Positions 61,559 to 64,000 of a DNA stretch of 64,000 nucleotides are shown one piece after another. Made by a program: the position numbers and the translations under genes. The notes beneath the pieces were generated by a model. That model made no database searches. It saw only the letters and a program-made list of their open reading frames with translations, and was not told the origin of the DNA. Positions within the stretch are counted from its first letter, which is position 1, and every line of letters starts with the position of its first letter. The stretch is taken from NCBI GenBank assembly GCA_035487015.1, contig DATHMP010000008.1, positions 37,121-101,120 of the forward strand. The letters run 5' to 3'. The stretch is from Terracidiphilus sp. Its GTDB lineage: Bacteria; Acidobacteriota; Terriglobia; Terriglobales; Acidobacteriaceae.

Positions 61559-63067
61559 ATGTTTTGGCGCGACCTCATTACGGAGATTACCGCTACTGGC
61601 TCTGCGGGAAATTCTTCCCAGCCAATAACCGGGATTGAATATGACTCGCGCCGCGTTCACCCGGGTGCCGTCTTTGTTGCTATGAAGGGCGGGAGCACAG
61701 ACGGTAATCGGTTCATTGACAAGGCAATCGCTGCGGGCGCTCTCGGCGTCGTTACAGACTCCGTGCAGGCCTTCGATCATCTCCTAGTTTACAAGCCGGG
61801 TACGCCGATTCTTGAAGTGGGGCATGGGCGCCATGCGCTCGCGCAGGCATCGGCTGCGTTTTTTGGGCATCCTGAAAGGAAGCTTGCTGCGACGGGTATT
61901 ACCGGAACCAACGGCAAGACGACAACTGCTTTTCTGATCGAGCAGCTTTTGAATATCGCGGCTCGCAAGACGCTTTTGATCGGCACAATCGAATACCACG
62001 TTGCCGGAGAGTCGCGATTGTCGCTCCACACCACGCCAGAGTCGCGCGACCTTTTCGAATTAATGGCTGAGGCGGCGGGGCGCGGTGCAACGGAGTTCGT
62101 GAGCGAAGTATCGAGCCACGCACTCGATCAGGGGCGCGCAGACCAGATCAAGTTTGATGTTGCTGTCTTCACCAACCTCACGCGCGATCATCTCGATTAC
62201 CACGAGACCATGGAAAACTACTTTGCCGCCAAGCGGCTGCTTTTTGACGGGACGCGCTATCCCGCACCGCGCGTTGCTGTGTTGAACGCGCATGATACCT
62301 ATACTTCCCGGATTACTTCGGTGGCTAGTGCTTCGGGATCCGAGGTTCTGACCTATGGCATCAAATCGGGTGACTGGCGCGCCAACGAAGTCTATCTCTC
62401 GCCAACCGGAACAAGGATTGAACTCCAAACGCCTGCTGGATCGGCCCAAGTGACGTCGTATCTTGCCGGCGAAGTGAATGTCCTCAATCTGCTTGCGGCG
62501 CTTGCAGCAACTCATGCCCGAGGCGTCAGCTTCGATCAACTTATGGCGGCGGTCCCGCGACTGAAAGCCGTTCCTGGCCGTTTCCAACCGGTACTTGCTG
62601 GCCAGCCCTTCACCGTGATTGTCGACTACGCGCACACCGATGATGCGCTGCGCAACCTGACTTCGCTGGCGCGGCAGATGACGGCCCAAACGCATGGCCG
62701 TGTCATTACACTTTTCGGATGTGGTGGGGACCGTGACCGCACGAAGCGCCCGAAGATGGGACTGGCGGCCGGGGAAGGCAGCGACTGCGTTGTGGCTACC
62801 AGCGATAATCCGCGAACTGAAAATCCGCTCGCAATTCTTCAAGAGATTGTGCCGGGTCTTGACGCGAGTGGGGTGAATTACGTTGTTGAACCGGATCGGG
62901 CCAAGGCAATTGCTATGGCGCTGAAAAACGCCAGACCGAATGATGTCGTCCTGATTGCCGGCAAGGGCCACGAGAAGGAACAGATCCTGTCCGATCGGAC
63001 GGTTCCATTTGACGACGCGCAGGTTGCACTTTCCTCTCTCACTGACTTGGGATACGGTGAAAAGTGA
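61559..63067 (+). CDS. murE: UDP-N-acetylmuramoyl-L-alanyl-D-glutamate--2,6-diaminopimelate ligase
   Basis: GTNGKTT, TTPE, EVSSH, DHLDYH, DYAHT, FGCGGDRD, DNPR (DAP-type), AGKGHE. Confidence 0.97.
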   Translation: MFWRDLITEITATGSAGNSSQPITGIEYDSRRVHPGAVFVAMKGGSTDGNRFIDKAIAAGALGVVTDSVQAFDHLLVYKPGTPILEVGHGRHALAQASAAFFGHPERKLAATGITGTNGKTTTAFLIEQLLNIAARKTLLIGTIEYHVAGESRLSLHTTPESRDLFELMAEAAGRGATEFVSEVSSHALDQGRADQIKFDVAVFTNLTRDHLDYHETMENYFAAKRLLFDGTRYPAPRVAVLNAHDTYTSRITSVASASGSEVLTYGIKSGDWRANEVYLSPTGTRIELQTPAGSAQVTSYLAGEVNVLNLLAALAATHARGVSFDQLMAAVPRLKAVPGRFQPVLAGQPFTVIVDYAHTDDALRNLTSLARQMTAQTHGRVITLFGCGGDRDRTKRPKMGLAAGEGSDCVVATSDNPRTENPLAILQEIVPGLDASGVNYVVEPDRAKAIAMALKNARPNDVVLIAGKGHEKEQILSDRTVPFDDAQVALSSLTDLGYGEK

Positions 63068-64000
63068 TGAAATTGACGCTTGCAGAGGCGGCAGTTGGCG
63101 CGGGAGCTGTGCTTGAGGCGCCGGCCAGTGTTGCGCATGCCGGTGCTCTTGTAGCGCAGGGCTATTCGATTGACTCCCGCACCGTCGGAGCAGGCGAGCT
63201 TTTTTTTGCGGTACGCGGCGAACACCTGGATGGGCATGATTTCGTGGCCATGGCAATTGAAAGGGGGGCGCTTGCGGCAGTTGTCTCTCGTGCGCGCGTG
63301 GCAACACTGCCCGATCGCGCGCTGGCCGCGCCTCTTTTGATTGCGGAAGAGCCTCTCGTTGCGTTGCAGTCGCTTGCCGCCCGGGTTCGAAGGCAGTGGG
63401 GCAAGCACGTGGTCGCCGTTACCGGTTCAGCCGGGAAGACTACAACCAAAGAGGCCATTGCCATCGCGCTTGGCGCTAAATTCAACGTGCTGAAGTCACA
63501 CGGAAACCTGAATAACGGATTTGGTTTGCCTCTGCAACTGCTCAGGCTGGAACCCGAGCACGAATATGCGGTCGTTGAAATGGGCATGAATCATTTGGGC
63601 GAGATTGCGGCGCTGGCACGCATCGCGGCTCCGGACTGGGGCGTTGTGACCAACGTTGGAACTGCCCATATTGAAAACTTTGCCGAGGGGCAGGCAGGCA
63701 TCGCTCGCGCCAAGTTTGAGCTGGTCGCTGCTTTACCCACAAACGGCGTCGCGTTTCTGAATTGTAGCGATCCATTTGTCTCGCAGTTTGGCCGAGATTT
63801 CCATGGCCGCGTGGTGTATTTCGGTGCTGGTCCATGCGCGGACCCTCAAATCATTTCGGAGTCAGAGGATCTCTCTGGACTTCATGTTCGATATCGAGCA
63901 GGGGAGTGCGAGGGGGACTTCACTCTTCATCTGCTGGGCGCGCATAACGCGGCAAACGCGATGGCCGGCCTTGCAGTGGCCCTGGAGGCGGGAGTGGATC
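63067..64000 (+). CDS. murF: UDP-N-acetylmuramoyl-tripeptide--D-alanyl-D-alanine ligase (runs off window)
   Basis: Translated by hand from ATG 63067: SIDSRT, DGHDF, VTGSAGKTTTKE, GNLNNGFGLP, EMGMNHLGEI, TNVGTAHIE. Confidence 0.95.
   Translation, partial: MKLTLAEAAVGAGAVLEAPASVAHAGALVAQGYSIDSRTVGAGELFFAVRGEHLDGHDFVAMAIERGALAAVVSRARVATLPDRALAAPLLIAEEPLVALQSLAARVRRQWGKHVVAVTGSAGKTTTKEAIAIALGAKFNVLKSHGNLNNGFGLPLQLLRLEPEHEYAVVEMGMNHLGEIAALARIAAPDWGVVTNVGTAHIENFAEGQAGIARAKFELVAALPTNGVAFLNCSDPFVSQFGRDFHGRVVYFGAGPCADPQIISESEDLSGLHVRYRAGECEGDFTLHLLGAHNAANAMAGLAVALEAGVD

Noticed and set aside
57259-64000. dcw cluster
   Set aside because: Canonical order and motifs; nothing unusual seen.

Overview
GC-rich bacterial chromosome segment, most likely Acidobacteriota (Terriglobia-like). 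This is inferred from a PadR + duplicated orphan MacB-type permease pair, an acidobacterial-type VWA protein and the gene order. 1-25.7 kb: a large hopanoid/isoprenoid locus (GT87, GT2, ispH, shc, hpnH, hpnA, hpnG, two Zn-dehydrogenases, hpnCDE, two small DMT/EamA proteins, hpnJ, TolC-TPR-MFP, queF, Spinster-like MFS, ispG). It is interrupted by REP-like elements, a four-helix-bundle gene and a toxin-antitoxin islet. 26-50.9 kb: housekeeping and catabolic genes (SDR, PHP phosphatase, purQ, PadR/permease, GH31, ftcD-hutUI, APC permease + FAD oxidoreductase, USP, VWA, ribB fusion). 50.9-54 kb: accessory patch with two orphan Rhs toxin/immunity cassettes and about 1 kb of structured, repeat-rich non-coding DNA. 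57.2-64 kb: start of the dcw cluster (mraZ-rsmH-ftsL-ftsI-murE-murF). Most notable observations: (i) a hidden in-frame 11-residue repeat extension on a hopanoid-cluster Zn-dehydrogenase, apparently started at an AUU codon; (ii) the Zn-dehydrogenase pair as candidates for the unassigned ribosylhopane reduction step; (iii) a TA islet bounded by a duplicated hpnA 3' end; (iv) filled and empty versions of a four-helix-bundle cassette; (v) Rhs tips cut at the same junction; (vi) many genes with a leaderless -10/start-codon layout. All family calls are by motif recognition; no database searches were run.
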